Positions 7,983-16,502 of a stretch of DNA of 64,000 nucleotides are shown one piece after another. Source of the stretch: an uncultured Candidatus Bathyarchaeia archaeon. GTDB lineage: Archaea; Thermoproteota; Bathyarchaeia; Bathyarchaeales; DTEX01. Made by a program: the position numbers and the translations under genes. Positions within the stretch are counted from its first letter, which is position 1. Every line of letters begins with the position of its first letter. The stretch spans positions 197,174 through 261,173 of the forward strand of contig CAZDRE010000001.1 in the NCBI GenBank assembly GCA_964508155.1, written 5' to 3'. The notes under the pieces are model-generated. The model worked only from the letters and a program-made list of their open reading frames with translations, made no database searches and was not told the DNA's origin.

Positions 7983-10100
7983 CTAAGACTCATTTTCGCC
8001 TTTTCTACTCCTAATCTTGATCGAAACTAAGACTACAAGCAAAAAAGCCAAGATCAAGCCGGTCAAGAAGCCCCTGAGATACTCATATGCTCCTATCACT
8101 TTCACCTCCGGTATCTCCACGGCCTTAAATGTTAAATATCCAATCGAGACCCTTCCGCTCTTTTGAAGTTTAATCTTCGAGCCATTTACTATCAGAGATG
8201 ACCCGCCCACCAGACATATCCTAGCATTGTTATCCCATAATCTCGATAGATTCAGAAGTATATCAGCATCCTTTAATTCGGCTGATAGGATCCTGCATGT
8301 AGTCAGATGGATTACATGTGGAGATGAGGGCTTGCCGAATTTAATTTTGAACTCGTATCTTCCATGCTCCAGCTCGGGGAGGATCACGTAATCATCCGAG
8401 AATAGAGGGTAGGATCTATTCATGAATTCGACATTACGTATCGTCTTTCCATCTACCCTCAGGCACATGCATGACAGATATCGTAGGTATTCCTCCGGAA
8501 CATCATGTGTGTCCAGCCGAACTATTATCAAATCGGGCATATATGTGATCCTAATCTTAACTTTCTCCCATGCTTTAAATCTACGGAGAAATTCCGTGGC
8601 AGTCATCGAGGAGACATCCACTCTATTGGCATACTCGTACCTTAGAACTTTAAGGAAGACTGCTCTTCTGGTCTTATTGATTAGGCTATAGTCATGCCAT
8701 AGTAGCAGGTAGGGAGCTGAATGGCCTAAAGCATAGAAACCATCGAAGTTTTCCTTCTCGATCCTAAAGGCTTCTTTGGGCGAATACTTCATGAGGTCAA
8801 AATAGTAATAGTCTGATTTTGTGCTCCTCCAGAATATGAAGATAGAGTCGTTCTGTAAAGGCTGAATCCCAACCATGCGCAGAAATGGGTAGGCGAATGT
8901 TTGGATGGCATATTCATACCCAGCCTTCCTCATGAGCGGATAATACTCGATCGGGAACATTCCATCTGGAACCTGCAGACCGCTGATCCTAGTTAGATTT
9001 CCAGCGATATCCCTATAGCTCTGGGCGAGTTCAAACATAACTCTCTCTTTACTCGTAACGTATCTCCAAACTGGATGATGAACTGTGTGACTTGCAAATT
9101 CGACGCCCGCCTCTAACGAGGCATTAAATAGATCCCTTAGTGAGAGCCAATCGATTGTCTTCTCCAATCCACTATAATTTCCGGTTATAATGGCCCAAGA
9201 GAAAGTGAAACAATTCTTTTCGGATCTCCTTAGAAGCCATGATAGGGCATCTCCAGTTGCATCTCTATCGGCGGACCAGTCGGCGTCGATATTGAGCATC
9301 CAGATGACCCTTCCACAGGCCAAGTTCAGGCCTACTGGAGTGTGATCTCCGAAGATACACCATTGAATCGACCTAAGCATGATGCTTGTCCTCTGGAAGA
9401 GGCTGTCTGACGCTGAGAGGGTGAATAGAACCGCCCGGCCACCTCCATACCTCGATGCCACGGCCAGGATGTCTCCTACATTCGTCCGTAAGAGAACAGA
9501 TGCATTCGGCGATGAACTTAAGATTATGTAATCGTAGCTTATATCTTCCAATGGGATCCTATCTCCCACGTGATCCAATGTTATTCTATGCCTCTCCGCC
9601 AAGACAACGAAATCCTTTCCGGATCTAAAGAAGACCCTCTGCAAACCGAAAATTCTCCCGTAAAATCTTATCCAATCATCCATGTAGAACGAAAGGTTTC
9701 CTCTCCGATATGCTGGTATTCCAAAGCAAATAAATGAACCTCCGGACTTGAGCCATTCATCAAGCGCATCTAAAAAGGGCGTAGAGACATTTCTGCTGAG
9801 ATAGCGGGCATACGGGAAGATTAGGCATGAATACTTTGACAGGTCTATGTGTAAAAGATTCTGCTCATCGATTATCTCATACGGGATTCCGGCGAGTAAA
9901 AGGCAGTATTGAACCGCAAGCAAGGCATAATGGGATTCTGCAACATTAATCTGGGCATACCTTAGCGAGTAGACTATTGCAACCGGCTTAACCATGAACT
10001 CGATTGGATATGTATGAGCGGCTGACGATTCCACGTGGACGAGGCTTGAGAGTATAAGTAGGAGCATCAGAACATTCAGGAATCTTCGGGGCAGAAGCAT
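7983..10100 (-). CDS. Secreted, C-terminally membrane-anchored protein with a polysaccharide-deacetylase (NodB-like) core
   Basis: 705 aa. It has an N-terminal signal-like segment (LLPRRFLNVLMLLLILSSLV) and a C-terminal TM helix with a basic tail (LILAFLLVVLVSIKIRSRK). An internal DADWSAD ... ASHTVHHP segment resembles NodB motifs. Many N-x-S/T sequons are present. Confidence 0.5.
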   Translation of the reverse strand: MLLPRRFLNVLMLLLILSSLVHVESSAAHTYPIEFMVKPVAIVYSLRYAQINVAESHYALLAVQYCLLLAGIPYEIIDEQNLLHIDLSKYSCLIFPYARYLSRNVSTPFLDALDEWLKSGGSFICFGIPAYRRGNLSFYMDDWIRFYGRIFGLQRVFFRSGKDFVVLAERHRITLDHVGDRIPLEDISYDYIILSSSPNASVLLRTNVGDILAVASRYGGGRAVLFTLSASDSLFQRTSIMLRSIQWCIFGDHTPVGLNLACGRVIWMLNIDADWSADRDATGDALSWLLRRSEKNCFTFSWAIITGNYSGLEKTIDWLSLRDLFNASLEAGVEFASHTVHHPVWRYVTSKERVMFELAQSYRDIAGNLTRISGLQVPDGMFPIEYYPLMRKAGYEYAIQTFAYPFLRMVGIQPLQNDSIFIFWRSTKSDYYYFDLMKYSPKEAFRIEKENFDGFYALGHSAPYLLLWHDYSLINKTRRAVFLKVLRYEYANRVDVSSMTATEFLRRFKAWEKVKIRITYMPDLIIVRLDTHDVPEEYLRYLSCMCLRVDGKTIRNVEFMNRSYPLFSDDYVILPELEHGRYEFKIKFGKPSSPHVIHLTTCRILSAELKDADILLNLSRLWDNNARICLVGGSSLIVNGSKIKLQKSGRVSIGYLTFKAVEIPEVKVIGAYEYLRGFLTGLILAFLLVVLVSIKIRSRKGENES

Positions 10101-10148
10101 CTCCCAGAGGCGACCTAAGCTATGTTATGCTTTATGGCCAATCGGCTA

Positions 10149-11693
10149 TTATCCTCTCATAGGCCATCTCAAAACATGCATGATATCGGTCTTCGTTATT
10201 ATTCCAAGCAGCTTCTTAGGGTTTCTTTTGTCGACAACCAGTATCCTCCCGATTTTATGCTCGCTCATCTTTTCATAGACGTTCATTGCGGACTCGGTTG
10301 GGTACGCCGTTATCAGCCTTTTATGGGCTATCTCTTTAACTAGGGTCTCCTTGCGTCTTGAGGCTGGAACCCTAGATACATCATCGAAAGTCACTATCCC
10401 AACGAGCTCATCCCTTTCATTTAGAACTGGATAGCCCATGTGATGATGCTTGGTCATTATCGTCAGAACATCCTCAACGGTATATTCAGGCCTAACAGTT
10501 ATTATCTCCCTCGTCATTATCTGCTCAGCCCTAAGACTTGAGAGCAGACTTATCTCACGGGGCAGGAGCTCAAGCATGCGAATATATACTGGAGGAACAG
10601 GCTCTCTCCATCTCTTTCTCCTCTCTATTTCTTTAGCGGCGTATCTCTTCTTTAGGAGACCCATCTCTACGAAGTGAGCGTAGACATCCGGTCTCTCCTC
10701 TATCTTCCTAACGCGAATGACATTCGCTTTTACAGCGTCCTCAAATATTTCCTCGCCTATTTCGGTTCTTATGATGACTATCGACCAGTCCTTCAGTGGG
10801 TGGGCTCCTCCAACTGAGATGTCGGCGAGCTCGGATGTGAAGTCCTCACACATCTTACAGACGCTTAGCGTGTGCGCTTCAATTTCTGGTATGGATATTG
10901 ATATAACCCTTCCATCCTTCATAGAAACCTCATACTTCTTGTCAAGGTCGATCCTTAGGATATCACTGGCATTTACATTATATGCCTCCTTCAGGAATTT
11001 TGTGAGTTCAGGAAAGGAGAAACTCCAGAGGCATATTAGGCCTATAACTATCTTTAGGCTATTCATGATCTTATGCTCCCAGGCCTCAAGCTTTCGGATC
11101 GCCCTGACATGGCACGGCGTTCCAACAAAGGCTATCTTCGTCTTGCCGTATTCGTGAACTGCCCTTCCGAAGGCCTTAGCGACTGATGATGGAAAGTATT
11201 CGAAGTCAACTGCTGATAATAGATCGTCTGGAACGAGACTAAGTAATGGCTTAACCTTTATTGGAGTCTCCTTCTCGCTCTCTGATGTTATTGCGCCATC
11301 TATAAATCCAGTCTTGATTGCATGCATAAGTAGTGCGGTGATAACCCCTCCGCTATGACTTATCTCCCTCAATCTCTCATCGACGGCCTGTGCCAGGATT
11401 ATCTTCCGATAGTATCCTATGCTCTCAGTTATGTTCGGAGCTCCAGCGACGAATCCTAAAGTCTCTAGTAGAAGCGCTTCAGTGAATGGACATATGTCAT
11501 AGCATATTGGACAGAACTCCATGAAGTTTGTGCAGTCATGCGTATATTTGAGGCTTCTACCCTCGATCTTCAAGGCATGCACGGGACAAGCAGCTTCACA
11601 TGCACCGCAGAGATTACAAAAACCCGGCTCAATTATCATCTTCTTTAGGTCATTATATGCGATTAGATCCCTAGAAGTCTTCATGATCTCCAC
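10149..11693 (-). CDS. FrhB/FdhB-family flavo-iron-sulfur protein with an N-terminal 2x[4Fe-4S] domain and a C-terminal CBS pair
   Basis: Motifs CNLCGACEAACP and CPICYDICP, then an FrhB-like core (HSGGVITALL, KIAFVGTPCHVRAIRKLE). The last ~125 aa (10152-10526) form two CBS repeats. It starts 6 nt downstream of the hydrogenase ferredoxin gene. Confidence 0.8.
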   Translation of the reverse strand: MEIMKTSRDLIAYNDLKKMIIEPGFCNLCGACEAACPVHALKIEGRSLKYTHDCTNFMEFCPICYDICPFTEALLLETLGFVAGAPNITESIGYYRKIILAQAVDERLREISHSGGVITALLMHAIKTGFIDGAITSESEKETPIKVKPLLSLVPDDLLSAVDFEYFPSSVAKAFGRAVHEYGKTKIAFVGTPCHVRAIRKLEAWEHKIMNSLKIVIGLICLWSFSFPELTKFLKEAYNVNASDILRIDLDKKYEVSMKDGRVISISIPEIEAHTLSVCKMCEDFTSELADISVGGAHPLKDWSIVIIRTEIGEEIFEDAVKANVIRVRKIEERPDVYAHFVEMGLLKKRYAAKEIERRKRWREPVPPVYIRMLELLPREISLLSSLRAEQIMTREIITVRPEYTVEDVLTIMTKHHHMGYPVLNERDELVGIVTFDDVSRVPASRRKETLVKEIAHKRLITAYPTESAMNVYEKMSEHKIGRILVVDKRNPKKLLGIITKTDIMHVLRWPMRG

Positions 11694-11699
11694 TCAGAC

Positions 11700-12044
11700 T
11701 TAACTTTCTCTCCTATACTCATAAATCATTTTCTCACGGTCATCACCGGCATGCTCAAATTCGTCAGTCATGGTTATTGCGTTTCTTGGGCAACTCTCAG
11801 AGCATTGCCCACAGAATATGCATCTGTCAACGTAATGTTTTATCTCGGCTTTTAGGCCCTTCCCTATCATCTCGATCGCGCCGGAGGGGCATATGCGGCT
11901 ACATAGTCCGCATCCAACGCACTTTTGCATGTCCCAAACTGGACGTCCCCTGAAATCCTTGGGCACGGCTGCCTTCTCGAACGGATATTTGAGAGTGATC
12001 GGAGACTTGAAGATCTGCCTTATCGCCTCTAGTATTATGGACAA
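11700..12044 (-). CDS. 2x[4Fe-4S] ferredoxin subunit (NuoI/EchF/MbhN-like) of hydrogenase 1
   Basis: Motifs CVGCGLCSRICP and CIFCGQCSESCP. It overlaps the large-subunit gene by 10 nt. Confidence 0.85.
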   Translation of the reverse strand: MSIILEAIRQIFKSPITLKYPFEKAAVPKDFRGRPVWDMQKCVGCGLCSRICPSGAIEMIGKGLKAEIKHYVDRCIFCGQCSESCPRNAITMTDEFEHAGDDREKMIYEYRRES

Positions 12045-13204
12045 TGCTTTCTCATCCTCCGTACATTCTCTCTTAGGGTGTCGAAGTCTAGGATCTTCTT
12101 TCTTCCCGTGTTTACATCGATGAGGGCAAGCCTATCCATGCATGCGAAGCATGGGTCTATTCCAGCTAGGACTATCGGTATGTCGGCTACATGCTGTCCC
12201 ATCAGCATCTTGCATAGGGCTGGAATATTCGCTAGTGTTGGGCTTCTAACCTTATAGCGTTCAGGCCTAGCCGTTCCATTAGACCTTGCATAATGGATGA
12301 GCTCGCCTCTTGGAGCTTCAACCCTAGATACCGCCTCGTTTGGTTCTACAGCCATTGGAACCCTAACGCGTAGCATGCCTGCAGGCATGTGATCAAGGGC
12401 GTAGCGTATCATATTTATGCTCTCAAGCATCTCCTCGCACCTCACGATTATCCTAGCGAATACGTCGCATCCATCATGGATTACTACATTGAATGGTATC
12501 TCGTCGTAGGCTGCATACGGATCGTCCCTACGCACATCATTCTTTATTCCGCTTGCGCGTAGGGTTGGGCCTACAGCGCAGAGTTCAATCGCGTCTTTAG
12601 GCTTCAGAACCCCAACATCCACAGTTCTTTTTTGGATCGTCCTATCTGAACTTATGATCTTCATGTAATATTTGATCCTCTTCTCTAGAAAGTCTAGGCC
12701 ATCCTTTATCTTTGGAATCATCTCCGATGGTATGTCCCTTCTAACCCCTCCTATTGTATTCATTGCGTAGTGAACTCGATTCCCAGATATGAACTCAAGC
12801 ATGTCCATCACCGTCTCTCTGTCACGCCACAGATACATGAAGAGCGTATCGAAGCCTATCTCATGAGCGGCTATTCCAAGCCATAATGAATGGCTGTGTA
12901 TCCTTTCGAGCTCGGCTATTATCACACGTATATACTTCGCCCTTAGCGGGGCCTCGATGCCTAGAAGATCCTCTATTGCCTGCGTGTAGCATGTTGTATG
13001 GGCATCTGAGCATATTCCGCAGATACGTTCAGCCAAATAAATATTCTGAATGTATGTTCTTCTCTCGAATGCCTTCTCTATCCCCCTATGATTGTAGCCT
13101 ATTCTAGGCTTGACGTTAACGATTATGTCCCCATCAACCTCGAATGTAAAATGCTCCGGCTCCTTTAAGGCCGGATGCTGAGGGCCGAATGGAACCTTAA
13201 CTAT
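12035..13204 (-). CDS. [NiFe]-hydrogenase large subunit, group-4 type (EchE/MbhL/NuoD-like), hydrogenase 1
   Basis: L1 motif ERICGICSDAH and L2 motif DPCFACMDR, followed by a ~30-aa C-terminal extension. The conserved N-terminus (VKVPFGPQHPALKEPEHF...IGYNHRGIEK) is in frame upstream of the first canonical start (TTG at 13036). The only start-like codon there is ATA at 13204. Confidence 0.85.
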   Translation of the reverse strand: MVKVPFGPQHPALKEPEHFTFEVDGDIIVNVKPRIGYNHRGIEKAFERRTYIQNIYLAERICGICSDAHTTCYTQAIEDLLGIEAPLRAKYIRVIIAELERIHSHSLWLGIAAHEIGFDTLFMYLWRDRETVMDMLEFISGNRVHYAMNTIGGVRRDIPSEMIPKIKDGLDFLEKRIKYYMKIISSDRTIQKRTVDVGVLKPKDAIELCAVGPTLRASGIKNDVRRDDPYAAYDEIPFNVVIHDGCDVFARIIVRCEEMLESINMIRYALDHMPAGMLRVRVPMAVEPNEAVSRVEAPRGELIHYARSNGTARPERYKVRSPTLANIPALCKMLMGQHVADIPIVLAGIDPCFACMDRLALIDVNTGRKKILDFDTLRENVRRMRKHCP

Positions 13205-13710
13205 TGATCCGTAACCCGCCTTTCATCCCTCCCCGACTTGAGTATTGAGCCGCGAAGATCTTCTAGGCGGTATTCCTTTCTGAGCGGATAGATGCCCCTC
13301 GGCCAATTCTCGGGTAGAACCAGCGGGATCAAGTCTGGATGCCCAACGAAGTCTATCCCGAATAGATCATGAACTTCGCGCTCATACAATATCGCTCCTG
13401 GAATAACATCTGTTATCGTGGGGACTCTGGGATTCTCCTTTGGAACGTTGAATCTTAGGGATAATTCTATGGAGCCCTTATATGCGAAGTGATAGATAAC
13501 CTCAAAGTTCTCTTTGAGGTCTACTGCCGTTATCGTGGATAAATGCGTGAACCCCATGTCTTTCAGGTGTCTAATCGCATCCTTAAAGGCTTCGCTTCTT
13601 ACCCAAACAAAGATCCTACGTTTCCTCGGAACCTTCACATCTATTATGCCTTCTCTAAGCTGTCTCCTCAACTCAGATACTATCTCATCCTCTTCCATTA
13701 GCATCGCCAC
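13201..13710 (-). CDS. NuoC/EchD/MbhK-like (30-kDa family) subunit of hydrogenase 1
   Basis: Contains HLSTITAVD, ILYEREVHDLFGIDFVGHPD and LRKEY, the NuoC-family pattern. Confidence 0.85.
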   Translation of the reverse strand: MAMLMEEDEIVSELRRQLREGIIDVKVPRKRRIFVWVRSEAFKDAIRHLKDMGFTHLSTITAVDLKENFEVIYHFAYKGSIELSLRFNVPKENPRVPTITDVIPGAILYEREVHDLFGIDFVGHPDLIPLVLPENWPRGIYPLRKEYRLEDLRGSILKSGRDERRVTDQ

Positions 13711-14125
13711 GCTTGATCTTTTGAATGAGCTTTACCACGCCGTCGATTATAGCTTCAGGCTTAGGCGGACATCCCGGAACATAAACATCCACTGGGAGAA
13801 CCTCATCGACCCCTCCCAGGACATTATAGCAATCCTTGAATGGCGCTCCGCTGCATGCGCATGCCCCTATAGCCAGAACGTATTTTGGCTCAGGCATCTG
13901 ATCATATATCCTTACAAGCCTATCCCTAACCTGAAGTGTTACGGGACCTGTAACTGCGAGGATGTCAGCATGCCTCGGGCTTCCCTTAAGGAGGATGCCG
14001 AAACGTTCAACATCGAATCTTGGAGTGAAGGCAGCTACAACTTCTATGTCGCATCCGTTACATCCGCCGGCGTTAAAATGTATGATCCAAGGCGATCTCG
14101 TTTGAGCCCACCTAAGCAACCCCAT
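13685..14125 (-). CDS. [NiFe]-hydrogenase small subunit, group-4 type (NuoB/EchC/MbhJ-like), hydrogenase 1
   Basis: The four Cys of the proximal cluster are present (GGCNGC, GACACSG, PGCPP). Size is 146 aa. Confidence 0.9.
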   Translation of the reverse strand: MGLLRWAQTRSPWIIHFNAGGCNGCDIEVVAAFTPRFDVERFGILLKGSPRHADILAVTGPVTLQVRDRLVRIYDQMPEPKYVLAIGACACSGAPFKDCYNVLGGVDEVLPVDVYVPGCPPKPEAIIDGVVKLIQKIKRGDANGRG

Positions 14126-14209
14126 GACTATTCCTTCTTAGGAGGTATTCCTCAATCCTTTCTTCTATAAAGAGGAGAGTATGGTTTAAAGGTTTCTAGG
14201 CTCAAGGAC

Positions 14210-14956
14210 TCAGAAGCCCTTAAAATAATCGTACATCTCCAGGATCTCCCTGATCTTTTCAGAGAATACGGTCTTGGAGAATCTATTTGGGTCTCCGATG
14301 GCTTCTTCGAGCACATGATCGAATGGTATCTCCCCGAGATATTTCAGGCCGATCTCTCTTATTCGCTCTCGTATAAACGTGGATTCTCCCATCTTCATGT
14401 TCTCGATCACTCCTACTATCGGAACATTCAATTCGAGGAGTAGATCAATCAGCTTTTTAACGGTCTCAAATGCCAGCCTAGATGGCGTCACCACCAAGAG
14501 GAACCTAACCCTCTTCATGAGCTTGATTACGTCTAGGGTTGCATCGCCAATCCCCGGAGGCATATCGACTATTAAGTAGTCAAGTTGACCCCACCGAGTT
14601 ATTGCTAACAATTCTATCAGGGCATTTGATGCTTCCAATCCCCTTAGTGGCAGGGCTCTGTTGTCGGAAAAGTAGATTATGGACATGTATTTTATGCTGT
14701 GTATCTCAGGCGGGATTATGCCCTTCCACTCGGTCGGATGGGCCTCTCCCGCATTTAAGATGACATGTGTTGATGGGCTTGTGAAGTCCAGGTCTAAGAG
14801 TCCAACTTTATACTTTTTCTTCGCTAGGGCTAGGGCTATTGCGGATGCTATTAGGCTTTTGCCGACTCCTCCCTTCCCGCTTGAAACGGCGATTATATCG
14901 CTTATGTCCTTTAGTCTCTCATCTATGATGGATAATCTTGGATCCGACATCTTCAC
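14210..14956 (-). CDS. Mrp/MinD-family P-loop ATPase; probable ATPase-type HypB (Ni insertion partner of HypA)
   Basis: Deviant Walker A SGKGGVGKS. It overlaps hypA by 4 nt and precedes the hydrogenase 1 genes. No GTPase-type HypB is present in the window. Confidence 0.6.
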   Translation of the reverse strand: MKMSDPRLSIIDERLKDISDIIAVSSGKGGVGKSLIASAIALALAKKKYKVGLLDLDFTSPSTHVILNAGEAHPTEWKGIIPPEIHSIKYMSIIYFSDNRALPLRGLEASNALIELLAITRWGQLDYLIVDMPPGIGDATLDVIKLMKRVRFLLVVTPSRLAFETVKKLIDLLLELNVPIVGVIENMKMGESTFIRERIREIGLKYLGEIPFDHVLEEAIGDPNRFSKTVFSEKIREILEMYDYFKGF

Positions 14957-15354
14957 TTTACGCCCTTCAAGTCCTCAATCCAAACTCCACGTCCACCTAT
15001 AACCTCAAAGTCCGGACTGCCACATTTGGGGCATCTAATAAATGCGTGGATGACCTCCGGGATGAAGTGTATTGCCTCGGCTACATTCCCATCTATCTTC
15101 TCCTTTTCAAGGGACCATTTGAACCCGCAGTTTCTACATTTAATCTCGGCGTTAACGACCTCTATGTTGAACTTGGCATTCTTGAGGAGGCTTGAGTCTC
15201 TAAGTTGAGTTAAGGCGAACTTGAATACTTCGAGCTCTATTTGCTGGAGCTCCCCGATCTTCAATTTTACCTCCCTAATCTCCCTAAGTCCTTCACTCTC
15301 AGCTAGTCTAGAAATAGTTGAGATGACTGCTTCGGCTAAGGCCCATTCATGCAT
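14953..15354 (-). CDS. hypA: Hydrogenase nickel incorporation protein HypA
   Basis: N-terminal MHEWALAEA motif and zinc motifs CRNCG...CPKCG. The start is placed at the internal ATG at 15354 rather than at the ORF-track start at 15429. Confidence 0.9.
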   Translation of the reverse strand: MHEWALAEAVISTISRLAESEGLREIREVKLKIGELQQIELEVFKFALTQLRDSSLLKNAKFNIEVVNAEIKCRNCGFKWSLEKEKIDGNVAEAIHFIPEVIHAFIRCPKCGSPDFEVIGGRGVWIEDLKGVK

Positions 15355-15374
15355 GGGAAAGCCTAGACTACAAC

Positions 15375-15386
15375 AATATTTAAAGG
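15375..15386. promoter_or_regulatory. TATA-like box (aatatttaaagg) in the hypA / hypE divergent spacer
   Basis: It is centred ~26 nt upstream of the hypA ATG (15354), consistent with a leaderless mRNA, and ~55 nt upstream of the hypE ATG (15435). Confidence 0.4.
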
Positions 15387-15434
15387 TAATGCTGAGTGGA
15401 GATCCGTGGTGAGCTACAGCGTGGTGCATAATGG

Positions 15435-16502
15435 ATGAGGAGTAGAGATGGACATATTACTATGCTTCACGGCGCTGGCGGAACCGCCATGCACAGCCTA
15501 ATCAAGGATTATATTCTGAAGTATTTTGGGGAGGATCTCGAAGTTGATGTTCCGCTTGAGGCCTTGGATGACGCCGCGGTTATTGGCGATATTGTATTGA
15601 AGAGCGACTCGCACGCCGTTAAGCCCATATTCTTTCCGGGAGGAGATATCGGCTGCATAGCGGTTGCTGGCACCGTAAATGATATTGCGGTTTTAGGCGC
15701 TGAACCCCACGCCTTAGCGTGCGGCTTCATCCTAGAGGAGGGATTATCCCTAAGCGACTTCGAAAGGATCTTAATGAGTATGCGGCGGATGTGCCGCATG
15801 GCAGGAGTGAATATCGTTACTGGAGATACGAAGGTTGTTGAAAAGGGAAGTTTAGGGGGCTGTGTCATAAACACTTCTGGGATAGGCAGAAGGACTGATG
15901 CCCTAGAGAGAAACCTTAAGGTTGTGAGAGAGTTTAGGGGCGACTTCAAGGCGCGGTGGATTTTAGATTCGAATCTGAGGAAGGGCGATAAGATAATATT
16001 GTCAGGCACAATTGGGGATCACGGCGTAGCCGTTCTATCAGCGCAGGAAGGATTAGATTTTGGAGGAGATATAAAATCTGATGTTAAGCCTCTAAACCGG
16101 ATGATACAGGGCCTTTTAGGCGAGGTTGGCGGCGTAGTCGCAATGAAGGATCCAACTCGCGGGGGATTGGCTGATGCATTAAACGAGATCAGCGAGAAGT
16201 CCAATGTCGGCATACTTATCTATGAGGATAAGATTCCGATTAGAGATTCCGTGCGGGCTGCATGTGAGATGCTGGGCCTTGATCCCCTTGAGATAGGGAA
16301 TGAGGGTAAGGTGGTTATAGGCGTCGTTAGGGAGGCAGCGGAGGACGCCCTGGAATTTTTAAGGTCTACTGAGGAGGGGAGGGATGCTGAGATAATTGGA
16401 GAGGCAACCGATGAGTTTTCAGGCGTGGCCATGCAGACCATGATAGGCGGAAAGAGGATAATTAATAGGCCGGTTGGGGATCCAGTTCCGAGGATATGCT
16501 AA
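15435..16502 (+). CDS. hypE: Hydrogenase maturation protein HypE
   Basis: AIR-synthase-like fold pattern, N-terminal LHGAGG and the terminal PRIC motif. Confidence 0.9.
   Translation: MRSRDGHITMLHGAGGTAMHSLIKDYILKYFGEDLEVDVPLEALDDAAVIGDIVLKSDSHAVKPIFFPGGDIGCIAVAGTVNDIAVLGAEPHALACGFILEEGLSLSDFERILMSMRRMCRMAGVNIVTGDTKVVEKGSLGGCVINTSGIGRRTDALERNLKVVREFRGDFKARWILDSNLRKGDKIILSGTIGDHGVAVLSAQEGLDFGGDIKSDVKPLNRMIQGLLGEVGGVVAMKDPTRGGLADALNEISEKSNVGILIYEDKIPIRDSVRAACEMLGLDPLEIGNEGKVVIGVVREAAEDALEFLRSTEEGRDAEIIGEATDEFSGVAMQTMIGGKRIINRPVGDPVPRIC

Noticed and set aside
13195-13210. A programmed -1 frameshift fusing the NuoC-like and large-subunit ORFs, since NuoC-NuoD fusions exist in Hyc-type enzymes
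   Set aside because: There is no slippery X-XXY-YYZ heptamer or downstream structure at gat-caa-tag. Separate proteins with an unusual start or reinitiation is the simpler explanation, and that is reported as a finding instead.
15355-15429. A 25-codon N-terminal extension of HypA, and similarly 2 codons on HypC (17830-17835)
   Set aside because: HypA and HypC families begin with MHE... and MC... respectively. The internal ATGs give exactly those N-termini and leave room for the TATA-like box.
16499-16502. Convergent hypE and hypD stop codons overlapping by 4 nt, leaving no terminator space
   Set aside because: The overlap is real, but it is common in compact archaeal genomes and I do not consider it noteworthy on its own.
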